Source: Anthoceros angustus
Taxonomy: Eukaryota; Plantae; Anthocerotophyta
Direction of reading: 5' to 3'
Assembly (NCBI GenBank): GCA_010909165.1
Contig: VJWM01000068.1
Location: 62,001 to 126,000 of the forward strand
DNA length: 64,000 nucleotides
The notes below the pieces were generated by a model that did no database searches, was not told the origin of the DNA, and saw only the letters and a list, made by a program, of their open reading frames with translations. The stretch's first letter is position 1, and each line of letters opens with the position of its first letter. Below, in pieces: positions 34,330-46,895 of this stretch. The position numbers and the translations under genes were made by a program.

Positions 34330-36200
34330 CTACTTCCTCCCCCTTTTCGCAGCTGGACCTCCAGTAGAAGGAGCCCCCCTTTTAGCGGCCGCCTTGCCAC
34401 CCCTTGCAGTAGATGCTGCTTTGCCACCCCTTGCAGTAGATGCTGCTTTGCCACCCCTTGCAGTAGATGCTGCTTTGCCACCTCTCGTGCTTCTTGCTGC
34501 TAAGTTCACGCATCATTGCATACGCATCAGACCAGGCAACCATCACATGATGAGGTTCAGGCTACTGACTATCCACGAGCAACTGATGCACGTGTGCTAA
34601 CCTGCATTCTTCCGACCATTTGGTTGCTCTTCCTTCACCGTAAGGTTCAGCCTTTCCCGAACTGCCTCTGCAGAAGAAATGACTACCACTAAATTACCAA
34701 CAAGAAAAAGCAAATCAAGACCAATCACTGAACAATGGCGATATGCACACGAAGCATCAACGTCAAATACGGTCACCTGATTCAGCAGACTCCACGTTCT
34801 CTGGCAAGTTCTCATCGTCTTCTCCTTCTCCTCCCGCACCATTAGAACCATTGTTTTCATCCTCTATATCGCCATAAATCATGTCAGCACTCAGAGCTAG
34901 AGAGCTTTCACATACAGATTCAGAGCAACAAAGCATTCAAGGAACATACCACCATTGAGATCTGCCAATTCTTCTTGGACTTCTCCCTCAACATCAACCA
35001 ATGCTAGTCTTTTGGAAGGCTTCTTCACCTTTTCTGCCCAGGTGGTGGTGGTAACAAATCTGCCGATCTCACTTTGCGATCTGCTTCTCTCTGCTTGTAG
35101 GTCTTAGTAAGAGCTGCTTTAGTAGCAGGTTGCACACCCTCAAGTGGATCAGGTAGACCCTGCACAATGCCATCACGTCAACACATGGCCTTATGGCCTT
35201 GGAGGCCTGTGATCACAATGAAAAGCCATCCTCATGCTCACATCAAACTTTGATAAACTCATGATTGTGTCATAGTCCTCCTGTGTGGAATTGTAGGCCT
35301 CCATTATGTTGACAACAGATTCAGCAGCTTCATCCTGCATGATATACCATCAACCTTTTAACGCCTCCGCTAAATAGACAGATGTGTTACTTAAAACAAC
35401 CGGACCGCTTAGAGTTTGTATGTGCTAAGCGCCACATTCCAGTAGACCATTTATGATAGCAAGAACCTCGCACCTTTGGCAACCGGCGAAGAGGTTCTGT
35501 CAAGTGCATACACAAGTTCGGAAGATAGTCCAGGCGCAGTGACTCTCTGCTTTAAAGAACAGGAAATATGAACAATTTTCCTACCAGCACTCGTATCTGG
35601 TAAAAACCTACCAAAATATCGGCAAAAGCTCTCCATAACTTGCTCAGTCCAACAGCAACGCATAAAGGAGCCACTCTTCATGTGCTAACCCACGATACCT
35701 TGTTGGCTCACACTCTTTTGAAGCCAGAATATGAACATGAACGTCATCCAAAAGCGGACATTTTTTCGAACGTTGAGTTCTTCCCCAGCCATCCTCCAAA
35801 TCTATTGAAATTTTTCTCACCCTAGAACAAAAAGCAGGGCTTTCGACCCTCAGAAACAACAAGCTTTGGTTCCTCACAGCCTTTTGCGGCCGAAGACTCC
35901 CAATGACAATAAAACCTGCTTTGAAGTGAAATGTACCTGAAGAAGAGCTTCTCGCCGACCATGCATGAGAGCTGCACTGCAAAAGAGAGAGATTCAATCT
36001 AAATGAGATCACTAACCTCTGTGGTTGCAGTTGAAACAATATCTGGAATTTCACACTTAAGAAAGTTGCCACTGACGATATCTGCGTATCTGGACATTTA
36101 CCATATCCCCATCTGCAATTGATGATGCAGCACGAGCCATAAGGTCCAGTCTCTCTATACCATTGTCATCTCGTACACCACTCGGACAATAGTTCAGGTA
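34330..36200 (-). pseudogene. RFC1: Duplicate of the RFC1 3' exons (copy A of a 2053-bp tandem duplication starting at 34183/36236)
   Basis: Near-identical to 36236-38357 but lacks 89 bp between two GAAAGTT. Holds the better-preserved last exon (..GGKAASTAR x3..AKRGRK*). Confidence 0.8.
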
Positions 36201-36382
36201 ATTTTCCTACCAGCACTCGTATCTGGTAAAAACCTACCAAAATCGATCAGGCTATTTGAGGTACCAAAATTGGATCTGTACAAGCAAGTACCTAATAAAG
36301 GATTGCTAGAGAGCTGGGTACAAAAGGTTACGGGTAGAGAAATCGTTGTGGACTTTTGTACGAGAGGCTGTGAGATGGGCTC

Positions 36383-39300
36383 CTACTTCCTCCCCTTTTC
36401 GCAGCTGGACCTCCAGTAGAAGGAGCCCCTTTAGCGGCCGCCTTGCCACCCTTGCAGTAGATGCTGCTTTGCCACCCTTGCAGTAGATGCTGCTTTGCCA
36501 CCCTTGCAGTAGATGCTGCTTTGCCACCTCTCGTGCTTCTTGCTGCTAAGTTCACGCATCATTGCATACGCATCAGACCAGGCAACCATCACATGATGAG
36601 GTTCAGGCTACTGACTATCCACGAGCAACTGATGCACGTGTGCTAACCTGCATTCTTCCGACCATTTGGTTGCTCTTCCTTCACCGTAAGGTTCAGCCTT
36701 TCCCGAACTGCCTCTGCAGAAGAAATGACTACCACTAAATTACCAACAAGAAAAAGCAAATCAAGACCAATCACTGAACAATGGCGATATGCACACGAAG
36801 CATCAACGTCAAATACGGTCACCTGATTCAGCAGACTCCACGTTCTCTGGCAAGTTCTCATCGTCTTCTCCTTCTCCTCCCGCACCATTAGAACCATTGT
36901 TTTCATCCTCTATATCGCCATAAATCATGTCAGCACTCAGAGCTAGAGAGCTTTCACATACAGATTCAGAGCAACAAAGCATTCAAGGAACATACCACCA
37001 TTGAGATCTGCCAATTCTTCTTGGACTTCTCCCTCAACATCAACCAATGCTAGTCTTTTGGAAGGCTTCTTCACCTTTTTCTGCCCAGGTGGTGGTGGTA
37101 ACAAATCTGCCGATCTCACTTTGCGATCTGCTTCTCTCTGCTTGTAGGTCTTAGTAAGAGCTGCTTTAGTAGCAGGTTGCACACCCTCAAGTGGATCAGG
37201 TAGACCCTGCACAATGCCATCACGTCAACACATGGCCTTATGGCCTTGGAGGCCTGTGATCACAATGAAAAAGCCATCCTCATGCTCACATCAAACTTTG
37301 ATAAACTCATGATTGTGTCATAGTCCTCCTGTGTGGAATTGTAGGCCTCCATTATGTTGACAACAGATTCAGCAGCTTCATCCTGCATGATATACCATCA
37401 ACCTTTTAACGCTCCGCTAAATAGACAGATGTGTTACTTAAAAACAACCGGACCGCTTAGAGTTTGTATGTGCTAAGCGCCACATTCCAGTAGACCATTT
37501 ATGATAGCAAGAACCTACGCACCTTTGGCAACCGGCGAAGAGGTTCTGTCAAGTGCATACACAAGTTCGGAAGATAGTCCAGGCGCAGTGACTCTCTGCT
37601 TTAAAGAACAGGAAATATGAACAATTTTCCTACCAGCACTCGTATCTGGTAAAAAAACCTACCAAAATATCGGCAAAAAGCTCTCCATAACTTGCTCAGT
37701 CCAACAGCAACGCATAAAGGAGCCACTCTTCATGTGCTAACCCACAACCACGATACCTTGTTGGCTCACACTCTTTTGAAGCCAGAATATGAACATGAAC
37801 GTCATCCAAAAGCCGGACATTTTTTCGGAACGTTGAGTTCTTCCCCAGCCATCCTCCAAATCTATTGAAATTTTTCTCACCCTAGAACAAAAAGCAGGGC
37901 TTTCGACCCTCAGAAACAACAAGCTTTGGTTCCTCACAGCCTTTTGCGGCCGAAGACTCCCAATGACAATAAAACCTGCTTTGAAGTGAAATGTACCTGA
38001 AGAAGAGCTTCTCACGACCATGCATGAGAGCTGCACTGCAAAAGAGAGAGATTCAATCTAAATGAGATCACTAACCTCTGTGGTTGCAGTTGAAACAATA
38101 TCTGGAATTTCACACTTAAGAAAGTTCATCACTACACGTGCCACATCATGGAATTGTGTCCAATGCTGGTACGTACGGGATGATACTTGTCATAAATGCC
38201 CCAGTTTGAGAAAGTTGCCACTGACGATATCTGCGTATCTGGACATTTACCATATCCCCATCTGCAATTGATGATGCAGCACGAGCCATAAGGTCCAGTC
38301 TCTCTATACCATTGTCATCTCGTACACCACTCGGACAATAGTTCAGGTAATTTTCCTGGATCAACAAGTGGATGTAGTAGGCCTTATCAGGTACTATCCA
38401 TAGATAGCGGGACACTCTCAAAGATGATGGTGCAAAATTTGATACAGCAAGCAAACAGATATATATGATACCTGAATCAGAAGGGGCACCAGGTCCATAT
38501 CTGACATGGCTGCATCCAACCGCTCATCCATTCGTAACCTACCCCCATCATAACCCATTAATCTGCAAGAGCCAACGTACTATCATCAGGGTCACCTAAG
38601 ACCTTTACGTTCTGACAGTGACTCTTTTGAGACGAGCTGAGGTTTGAACGTACTGGTCAACTGCAGCAAAAGGAGAAACATCTCGATCTTTAGCACCAGC
38701 AAGCAGACGTGCACGCACATCTGCAAACTTAAGAACGCGTGTCTGAAGGCTCATGTATTCCAGTTGATTCAAAGCCATCCTCATGTCCCCATTAGTGCGT
38801 TCCCCGAGCTCTTCAAGCGATACCTGAAACAAGGTATGCAAGTTAGAGGATGCATTTTCTTATTTCCGCAACCTACATGCTGACACAGGCACCTTAGAAT
38901 CATATTACCTCGTCAACTTGAAGGCCCTCTAGCTGTGCTATTTGCTTAAGCCGCTTGGCCATCTGCAGAAGCAGCCGCAACTCAGCAAGAATGTCTTCAG
39001 GATAATTTCAAATTACTGCAACATGTAAGTCATGACACTCATGATTAAGATAACAACCAGACGAGGCAGCATCACCTGCTGTTTTGTAGGCTTCCTATAG
39101 GAAAGGAGGAGGCAATAATTCAGGAGGCTCTTTAGCTTCTGACTGTATCGATCATTACATATACAGATGATAGGAATCTTGCTGACTTTGATGCTTGCTA
39201 TCAGCTCTGCAATCCCCCCACGATCCCCTCCAGACATACCATCAACTTCGTCCATTATCAAGGCTGCTTTGTGTGAATTTTTGTTCCTGTACAACAAGAA

Positions 39301-42300
39301 TTAGAACTTGCTAGGTCCATCAGCGTTCACAGGAAAGCCTGTCATTGCAGTCCATCTGTACCTTGAACTTGTCAGCATTAAGGATTCATTGCTGACCATC
39401 TCCTTTATTGTATTTGCAGTACTGCCCTTCATCCCTTTAGAAATCACAGAGTCGGCCTTTCCGCGGGAATCACTTGCATTAACCTAACAGAGTAGCAATG
39501 AGGCGTCAATACAACAGTCATGCAAAAAATCTTCAATAACATTTGGCAAACGTTTACACAGAAGAGGCTACTTCTTTTAGGTTAGATGGGGGAGGTTGAC
39601 CTCAAGGGCTTCAAACCCAAGTTCCTGGCATATGAGTCTGGCTGTGGTGGTTTTCCCAATTCCCGGAGTCCCACAGAGAAGGACTGCCTTTTTCCCCACG
39701 CTGCTACTGCTTGAGCCACCACCCTTATTCTTCCCTTTCCCAGCCTTCAGATTTTGCTGGTCCCAGTTCTGGAGCCACTCTCGTAATTGCTTCACCTGAA
39801 CAGCCCAAAACAATTACTCAATTTCCTTGAGATGCTATTGACCTTGACTCCCACAATCTGTAGCTGCAACCCCAAGCAGGAGAAATCAGAAGGAAACTGT
39901 ATCGTACAATGGATGCATTTGCAATGATGTCATTTGCTGTTTTGTAGGCTTCCTATAGGAAAGGAGGAGGCAATAATTCAGGAGGCTCTTTAGCTTCTGA
40001 CTGTATCGATCATTACATATACAGATGATAGGAATCTTGCTGACTTTGATGCTTGCTATCAGCTCTGCAATCCCCCCACGATCCCCTCCAGACATACCAT
40101 CAACTTCGTCCATTATCAAGGCTGCTTTGTGTGAATTTTTGTTCCTGTACAACAAGAATTAGAACTTGCTAGGTCCATCAGCGTTCACAGGAAAGCCTGT
40201 CATTGCAGTCCATCTGTACCTTGAACTTGTCAGCATTAAGGATTCATTGCTGACCATCTCCTTTATTGTATTTGCAGTACTGCCCTTCATCCCTTTAGAA
40301 ATCACAGAGTCGGCCTTTCCGCGTGAATCACTTGCATTAACCTAACAGAGTAGCAATGAGGCGTCAATACAACAGTCATGCAAAAAATCTTCAATAACAT
40401 TTGGCAAACGTTTACACAGAAGAGGCTACTTCTTTTAGGTTAGATGGGGGAGGTTGACCTCAAGGGCTTCAAACCCAAGTTCCTGGCATATGAGTCTGGC
40501 TGTGGTGGTTTTCCCAATTCCCGGAGTCCCACAGAGAAGGACTGCCTTTTTCCCCACGCTGCTACTGCTTGAGCCACCACCCTTATTCTTCCCTTTCCCA
40601 GCCTTCAGATTTTGCTGGTCCCAGTTCTGGAGCCACTCTCGTAATTGCTTCACCTGAACAGCCCAAAACAATTACTCAATTTCCTTGAGATGCTATTGAC
40701 CTTGACTCCCACAATCTGTAGCTGCAACCCCAAGCAGGAGAAATCAGAAGGAAACTGTATCGTACAATGGATGCATTTGCAATGATGTCATTTGCTGTTT
40801 TGGGCTTGTACTTGGTTGGCCACGATTCAACTGGTAGAGATTTGTCCGGCAAGTTGTTCTTTTTTTTGTTTGATCCATTGTTGAGGCTTGGACTGGCATT
40901 AGCTGAAACATGCCGGGCCAAAATCAGAGGCAACCATGGTTAAGTGCTCGAATTTCACCTCTGAAATTGAAGTCTGCAGAAGCAACAAATCTAGATGTTT
41001 GGAACCTTTGCTATAGGTTTTTGCTTCCACAGATGGCTTTGCTGGCGCTGCAGCTTTCTTCTCTGGTGCTGCAGCTTTCTTCTCATTGACTTGTTGAGTG
41101 GTTGCCTTTGGCTTGGAGGCAAGGATCTTAGCGAACAGAGCATCTTCAGTGATGAAAGGAACACTGTAGAAAACCATGGTAAGGTGATCACCTGATTTCT
41201 GCAATACGCAAGTACTAGGAATGGCCAAGGAATCGCATTTACAGCATATACAACATGGCAAGGTTGTGAGCAAACCCAAGCTGCTTGGCTTTGTTTGACT
41301 TGGAGCCCTCTATGTCTTCATCACACAGGAGAAAAGACTGAAACAGCAATGCAGATACCTGATAAGTCCTTCACTTTCCACTGAAATAAGCAATGATGCC
41401 GAAGAGAAACATAAAGGCACTCACCGTTTTCCCACTCACAGCAGACGTGACCCGCCCACCATGTGACTTTATCAGACCTTCAGCCTCATCTCGTTCTAAG
41501 CTGCACAACATAGACAGGCAAAAGTTGTCAACAGTCAAGTGCTGGTAATTGCAGACTTTGCGCAAGAATAACCGTCCGATGAGATTGAGGAGTACCTGTC
41601 AAGGGTCCCAGATATCACAAACGTAAGGCCTGCCAGAGCATCAGGTGCTCCCTCTGGAACTTCCTGCGACAGCGATCTCACGGCATTAGCAACCCAACCC
41701 AACACAACAGCAACGCAGTTGAATATTTCTCACACTTGCTGCGCTGTTAGCCATGCGGTAGATTCACCTTCTCTCCCTTGTGGGGAGGGGGTCCACGCTC
41801 TGGAGGTCCGCCTCTTCCCCAACCTCTGCCCCTGCCACCTCCACCACCCCTGGCACCTCCACCGCCTCTGCTACCTCTCCCAGATGGAGGCTTTGTATCA
41901 TCAGCTGCTGCATCAGACTTCCCTCGACCTCGTCCAGAGACCACAACATCCTGAGAAGCAGCAGCACCCCTCCCCCGTCCCCTTCCTCTGCCTCTACCTC
42001 TGCCAGCAGTCTCTTTTTGGGAGCTACCTTTTGCATCATTCTTGGCACGTGAACCCCTTCCTTTCGGGGCAGGAGACTCCTCCGCAAAATCATCCTCATC
42101 CTCATCCTCATCTTCATCCTCCTCTGACTCAGACTCAGACTCAGACTCAGACTCAGACTCCTTGTCACTCTCTTCAGAGTAGTCATCATCCTTATCCGCC
42201 AAACGGGTCTTTTTAGGTGGAGATTGCTTGGTAACTCCTCTACTTGGGGTGCTACTGTCACGCTTCCGTGATTTAGTTTCTGGAACGGCCACTTCGCCTG

Positions 42301-42617
42301 CAGGTTTTGCCTCGGCTGCCCCCTTCGGTTGGGGCTTTGCTGACCTGTTGAGCTGCAGCTTCCCCATATTCCCACCTGAACCAACGGCGTCACCAAAATA
42401 CTTGCTCACCTTGCCCGAGTCTGGCTTCACGGCTTTCACAGATTCGTTTCCGTTAGACTTCTGCACGAGGTGGCCCACAAAATTATGCCCACCATCAACG
42501 TTGCGCCACCCAATGAAGTTCTCACGCCGGAACCGGTACCTGGTTAGGATCGACGACAGCAGTATCCTTGTGAGGCTGCTTCAGAAACCACCTCCGGATG
42601 TCCGACTGCGTTGCCAT
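36383..42617 (-). CDS. RFC1: Replication factor C subunit 1 (multi-exon; internal 858-bp duplication; apparent frameshifts in the 3' exons)
   Basis: [13 protein letters not shown]; KVSKYF; acidic and RG-rich tract; [27 protein letters not shown]; WPTKYKP; Walker [10 protein letters not shown]; EVNASDSR; [16 protein letters not shown]; [17 protein letters not shown]; [10 protein letters not shown]; [16 protein letters not shown]. Confidence 0.93.
39077..40802. repeat. Exact-period tandem duplication (2 x 858 bp) of RFC1 AAA+ exons
   Basis: Bounded by TGCTGTTTTG at 39077, 39935 and 40793. I noticed one synonymous substitution between the copies (TCC/TCA in ASDSRG). Confidence 0.9.
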
Positions 42618-42718
42618 ACCAAATTAGAATTATAGTATACTGATACCGACAGAGACATTTCTACATGCAGTCACAGACGCCACCAATTCCGCAGGTACCT
42701 CCAACACCAGCAGTCCTT

Positions 42719-42727
42719 AAACCCTAA
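42719..42727 (+). promoter_or_regulatory. Telo-box in the RFC1 5' leader region (repeated in the 5' duplicate); site-II-like GGCCCA at ~43082
   Basis: TTAAACCCTAAACCCT ~100 bp upstream of the ATG; the telo-box/site II pairing is established in plant cell-cycle genes. Confidence 0.4.
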
Positions 42728-43252
42728 ACCCTGCCCAGAACACCACCAGCCTACGCTCACAAAGCAGGAACAAAACCGAGCAATCCCGTGGCGAAGAGTG
42801 TTCTGAGCGAACACGAGCGAACACAATCAGAGCTAATGCAGGCTAATGACAGCGTTACACCTGTACAGGACATTTTTGAAACCTGCAGTCTAGGAAGGAA
42901 ACAAAGATCAAAAGCACCCCAACTCACCCCATCGCCCCTGCCGCTCTCCCACAGCGGGTGCTGCGCGGCGCAAACTTTTAACTCAGAGTCTTTAAAAGTG
43001 CTCACAGTCTTCGCAGCCTTCGCAACCCAAACGGCAGTCGAGACGACTCAAACGGTAGCTGTGACAAGATAGGTTGGGGAGGGCCCACACTCATGCTTAC
43101 GGCCCGGATGGCCGTGAGGATGTCTCGCTCTCACAGTAGTCGCGGCAGGCAGCCGCAAGCTGCGTGCCTCGGTCGTGCTGCGCTGCGATTATAATTTGTG
43201 GAAACTACTCGACAAAACATGCAGAGTCTGTCGCGCTGTGACATACCAGTGC

Positions 43253-44916
43253 GATGAGATTGAGGTACCTGTCAAGGGTCCCAGATATCACAAACGTAAG
43301 GCCTGCCAGAGCATCAGGTGCTCCTCTGGAACTTCCTGCGACAGCGATCTCACGGCATTAGCAACTCAACCCAACACAACAGCAACGCAGTTGAATATTT
43401 CTCACACTTGCTGCGCTGTTAGCCATGCGGTAGATTCACCTTCTCCCTTGTGGGAGGGGGTCCACGCTCTGGAGGTCCGCCTCCCCCAACCTCTGCCCCT
43501 GCCACTCCACCACCCCTGGCACCTCCACCGCCTCTGCTACCTCTCCCAGATGGAGGCTTTGTATCATCAGCTGCATCAGACTTCCCTCGACCTCGTCCAG
43601 AGACCACAACATCCTGAGAAGCAGCAGCACCCTCCCCGTCCCTTCCTCTGCCTCTACCTCTGCCAGCAGTCTCTTTTGGGAGCTACCTTTGCATCATTCT
43701 TGGCACGTGAACCCCTTCCTTTCAGGGCAGGAGACTCCTCCGCAAAATCATCCTCATCCTCATCCTCATCTTCATCCTCCTCTGACTCAGACTCAGACTC
43801 AGACTCAGACTCAGACTCCTTGTCACTCTCTTCAGAGTAGTCATCATCCTTATCCGCCAAACGGGTCTTTTTAGGTGGAGATTGCTTGGTAACTCCTCTA
43901 CTTGGGGTGCTACTGTCACGCTTCCGTGATTTAGTTTCTGGAACGGCCACTTCGCCTGCAGGTTTTGCCTCGGCTGCCCCTTCGGTTGGGGCTTTGCTGA
44001 CCTGTTGAGCTGCAGCTTCCCATATTCCCACCTGAACCAACGGCGTCACCAAAATACTTGCTCACCTTGCCCGAGTCTGGCTTCACGGCTTTCACAGATT
44101 CGTTTCCGTTAGACTTCTGCACGAGGTGGCCCACAAAATTATGCCCACCATCAACGTTGCGCCACCCAATGAAGTTCTCACGCCGGAACCGGTACCTGGT
44201 TAGGATCGACGACAGCAGTATCCTTGTGAGGCTGCTTCAGAAACCACCTCCGGATGTCCGACTGCGTTGCCATACCAAATTAGAATTATAGTATACTGAT
44301 ACCGACAGAGACATTTCTACACATGCAGTCACAGACGCCACCAATTCCCGCAGGTACCTCCAACACCAGCAGTCCTTAAACCCTAAACCCTGCCCAGAAC
44401 ACCACCAGCCTACGCTCACAAAGCAGGAACAAAACCGAGCAATCCCGTGGCGAAGAGTGTTCTGAGCGAACACGAGCGAACACAATCAGAGCTAATGCAG
44501 GCTAATGACAGCGTTACACCTGTACAGGACATTTTTTGAAACCTGCAGTCTAGGAAGGAAACAAAGATCAAAAGCACCCCAACTCACCCCCATCGCCCCT
44601 GCCGCTCTCCCACAGCGGGTGCTGCGCGGCGCAAACTTTTAACTCAGAGTCTTTAAAAGTGCTCACAGTCTTCGCAGCCTTCGCAACCCAAACGGCAGTC
44701 GAGACGACTCAAACGGTAGCTGTGACAAGATAGGTTGGGGAGGGCCCACACTCATGCTTACGGCCCGGATGGCCGTGAGGATGTCTCGCTCTCACAAGTA
44801 GTCGCGGCAGGCAGCCGCAAGCTGCGTTGCCTCGGTCGTGCTGCGCTGCGATTATAATTTGTGGAAACTACTCGACAAAACATGCAGAGTCTGTCGCGCT
44901 GTGACATACCAGTGCG
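43253..44916 (-). pseudogene. RFC1: Duplicate of the RFC1 promoter and 5' exons (ATG at 44273), with many indels
   Basis: Near-identical to ~41578-43255, with 1-3 nt indels mostly in homopolymers. Confidence 0.8.
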
Positions 44917-45207
44917 AAACGTACTCTAGATCTAAGGAAAACATGGTACTCCTGACGGAGAGATCAAGAGCCCCAGGAGGAACCTAAAAATTCTTCTAAG
45001 TTCGGACACCGGCAGTGCCAATCTAACTGAAGATCAATCCGAATTCAATCCTGAGGCCTGACAACTAGAATCCACCGCATACTACTCATCGAAATAGGCG
45101 CAAGAAGGATCCAGCGAAGATTGAAAAGCCTGCATGCCGCTAGGTATGTATGTACATGTTCTTGGAGCTGAGGATGAAAAATCCCTCACTCCGTACAGGA
45201 ACCAGCC

Positions 45208-46026
45208 TCACTGCCGCAGCCTGCTGGCAAAAGCCTTGGCCAAGGAAGCAACAGCGCTAGGTTTCCCTGAACTCTGGAGAGTGAAGACTACCTCCTTGGT
45301 CTTGCCAAAGTAGACCTGATCCAGCACATTCCGCAACTTGCTCTCCATCTCCTCGATCATCTTCCCCATGTTACTGACGTGACCTTGTCCCAGCCCTAAG
45401 TCGGATTCCACGCGCCTGGTGATGGAGCCGGAGAGGCTGAAGGACTTGGCGCCTCGATCGGCCACCTGCACCTCGTCAGCCGTGCTGAGAGACAGCATGA
45501 CGGTGCTGGTGAGGCAGTAGTGGAAGGAGGCGTCCCGCTCGCCGCTGGCAACCTCGATGACGTGAATGGCCTCCCACATGCCCTGCTGCAGCAGGCCTCT
45601 GCGGCCCTGCCCGGACTGCGACCCGTCCTTCTTGATGAGGAAGCAGGCAGCGAACCCCTCCCCGTCCTGCGGCTCCCACACGTACACTGACGAGCTGCCG
45701 CCTTCGTAGTACTGGTCCCGGTAGATGGCGAAAACCTCGTTCGCGTCCTGCTCCAGCTTGCGCAGCGCAGCCGGCGGCTGCGCGCCATCTTCCAGCGTGG
45801 GGAAGTAGGTGCTGGACCAAGGCGATCTGTAGGAATCCCCGTCGCGATTGTAGTCGCACAAGAGAAACTGCTTGCCGTGCTCCTCGTCCCACGCGACTTC
45901 CAGAGGCTGATCAACTCGAGACAGCAGATCCGAGGAATGATGCGGCAGCAGAGCCAGGAGCGAGCTCAGCGTCTGCTCGGACTTGATGGGAGGCATCCGC
46001 CTGACCAGATTCATGGCCGCCTCCAT
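45208..46026 (-). CDS. CAPZB: F-actin capping protein subunit beta, intronless (272 aa; an in-frame upstream ATG at 46035 is possible)
   Basis: MEAAMNLVRRMPP...LLCDYNRDGDSYRSPWS...YRDQYYEGGSSSVY.W...FAACFLIKK...WEAIHV...YCLTSTVML...H..NMGKMIEEMESKLRN.LDQVYFGKTKE. Confidence 0.95.
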   Translation of the reverse strand: MEAAMNLVRRMPPIKSEQTLSSLLALLPHHSSDLLSRVDQPLEVAWDEEHGKQFLLCDYNRDGDSYRSPWSSTYFPTLEDGAQPPAALRKLEQDANEVFAIYRDQYYEGGSSSVYVWEPQDGEGFAACFLIKKDGSQSGQGRRGLLQQGMWEAIHVIEVASGERDASFHYCLTSTVMLSLSTADEVQVADRGAKSFSLSGSITRRVESDLGLGQGHVSNMGKMIEEMESKLRNVLDQVYFGKTKEVVFTLQSSGKPSAVASLAKAFASRLRQ

Positions 46027-46895
46027 CTCCGCCATCTTCGAGGCTTCGAATGCCGCAAAGACGACAGCCGGGACGAGCGCGGTAGAGACCAAGGCTCGCA
46101 CGAAACCTGCGGTCCGCCAACCATAGTTCGATCATAAGGCTCACGGCCCAGGGAACTTTAGCAGAGCTCACTTTAGTTGGACGTTTTGGGTGCCCTACGA
46201 TGTACACGAGGCAGCGGCGGGAACGTATGTACTGCAGGTATGTACTCGGGACTGTCTACACACGTACAAATTGAAGAAACCAGTGGTAGTGAAGATGCAA
46301 ACAAGACTGCAAAACCGCCAGAGACTTCAGGAGCAAGGTTATTAAAAAAATAGTCAGTGTATGTGCCTGTGCCCTTCATTTTTTTTTGTCCTTGGGCTGC
46401 TGAGTGGGACGATGTCCTAACAACATCGTGGGTGCAGGCAAAATCCTGCAACTTCAGACCTGTCCGAATGTGCGAGGTGCCGTCATAAGCAGCTCTCCAG
46501 GACAAACTACGCTTCAGTCATGAAAGTACAGAAAGAGCTTCCTGGAATTCCCTGCCAAGTGCTGTTTAGCTCAGTGATACCTTGTGTTGTGGTCTTGAAA
46601 AGCATCCAGTTCCACATTGAGGGAGAACTCTGCTGATGTGTTGCAGACCTGAGGTTGAGAAACGGGCCTGGAGTGTCACAGGATTGCTGTCGAAGCCTCG
46701 GCTGTGACCACGGCCTAGTATGTGCACCTGCTCTGATGTGTGGTCTCTGTGTTCAAACCCGTCTTCTGCTGTTTGTGGTCTCTTGTGTTCAATCCGTCTT
46801 CGTCTTTCTACTGCAGCTGTGTCCTGGAGGGTGATTCATTGCACAAACATTCGCTGCCACTGCCATGTGGGAGTTGGGGTATCCGGACACTTTAC

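Noticed and set aside
34330-44273. Several genuine RFC1 paralogues
   Set aside because: The segments are partial, near-identical and complementary; together they make up one gene.
45208-46026. Horizontal transfer from a prokaryote suggested by high GC and no introns
   Set aside because: Capping protein beta is eukaryotic and this sequence is plant-like.
46027-46101. N-terminal extension of CAPZB from the ORF track (non-ATG start)
   Set aside because: Family homology begins at MEAAM; the upstream start is GTG.
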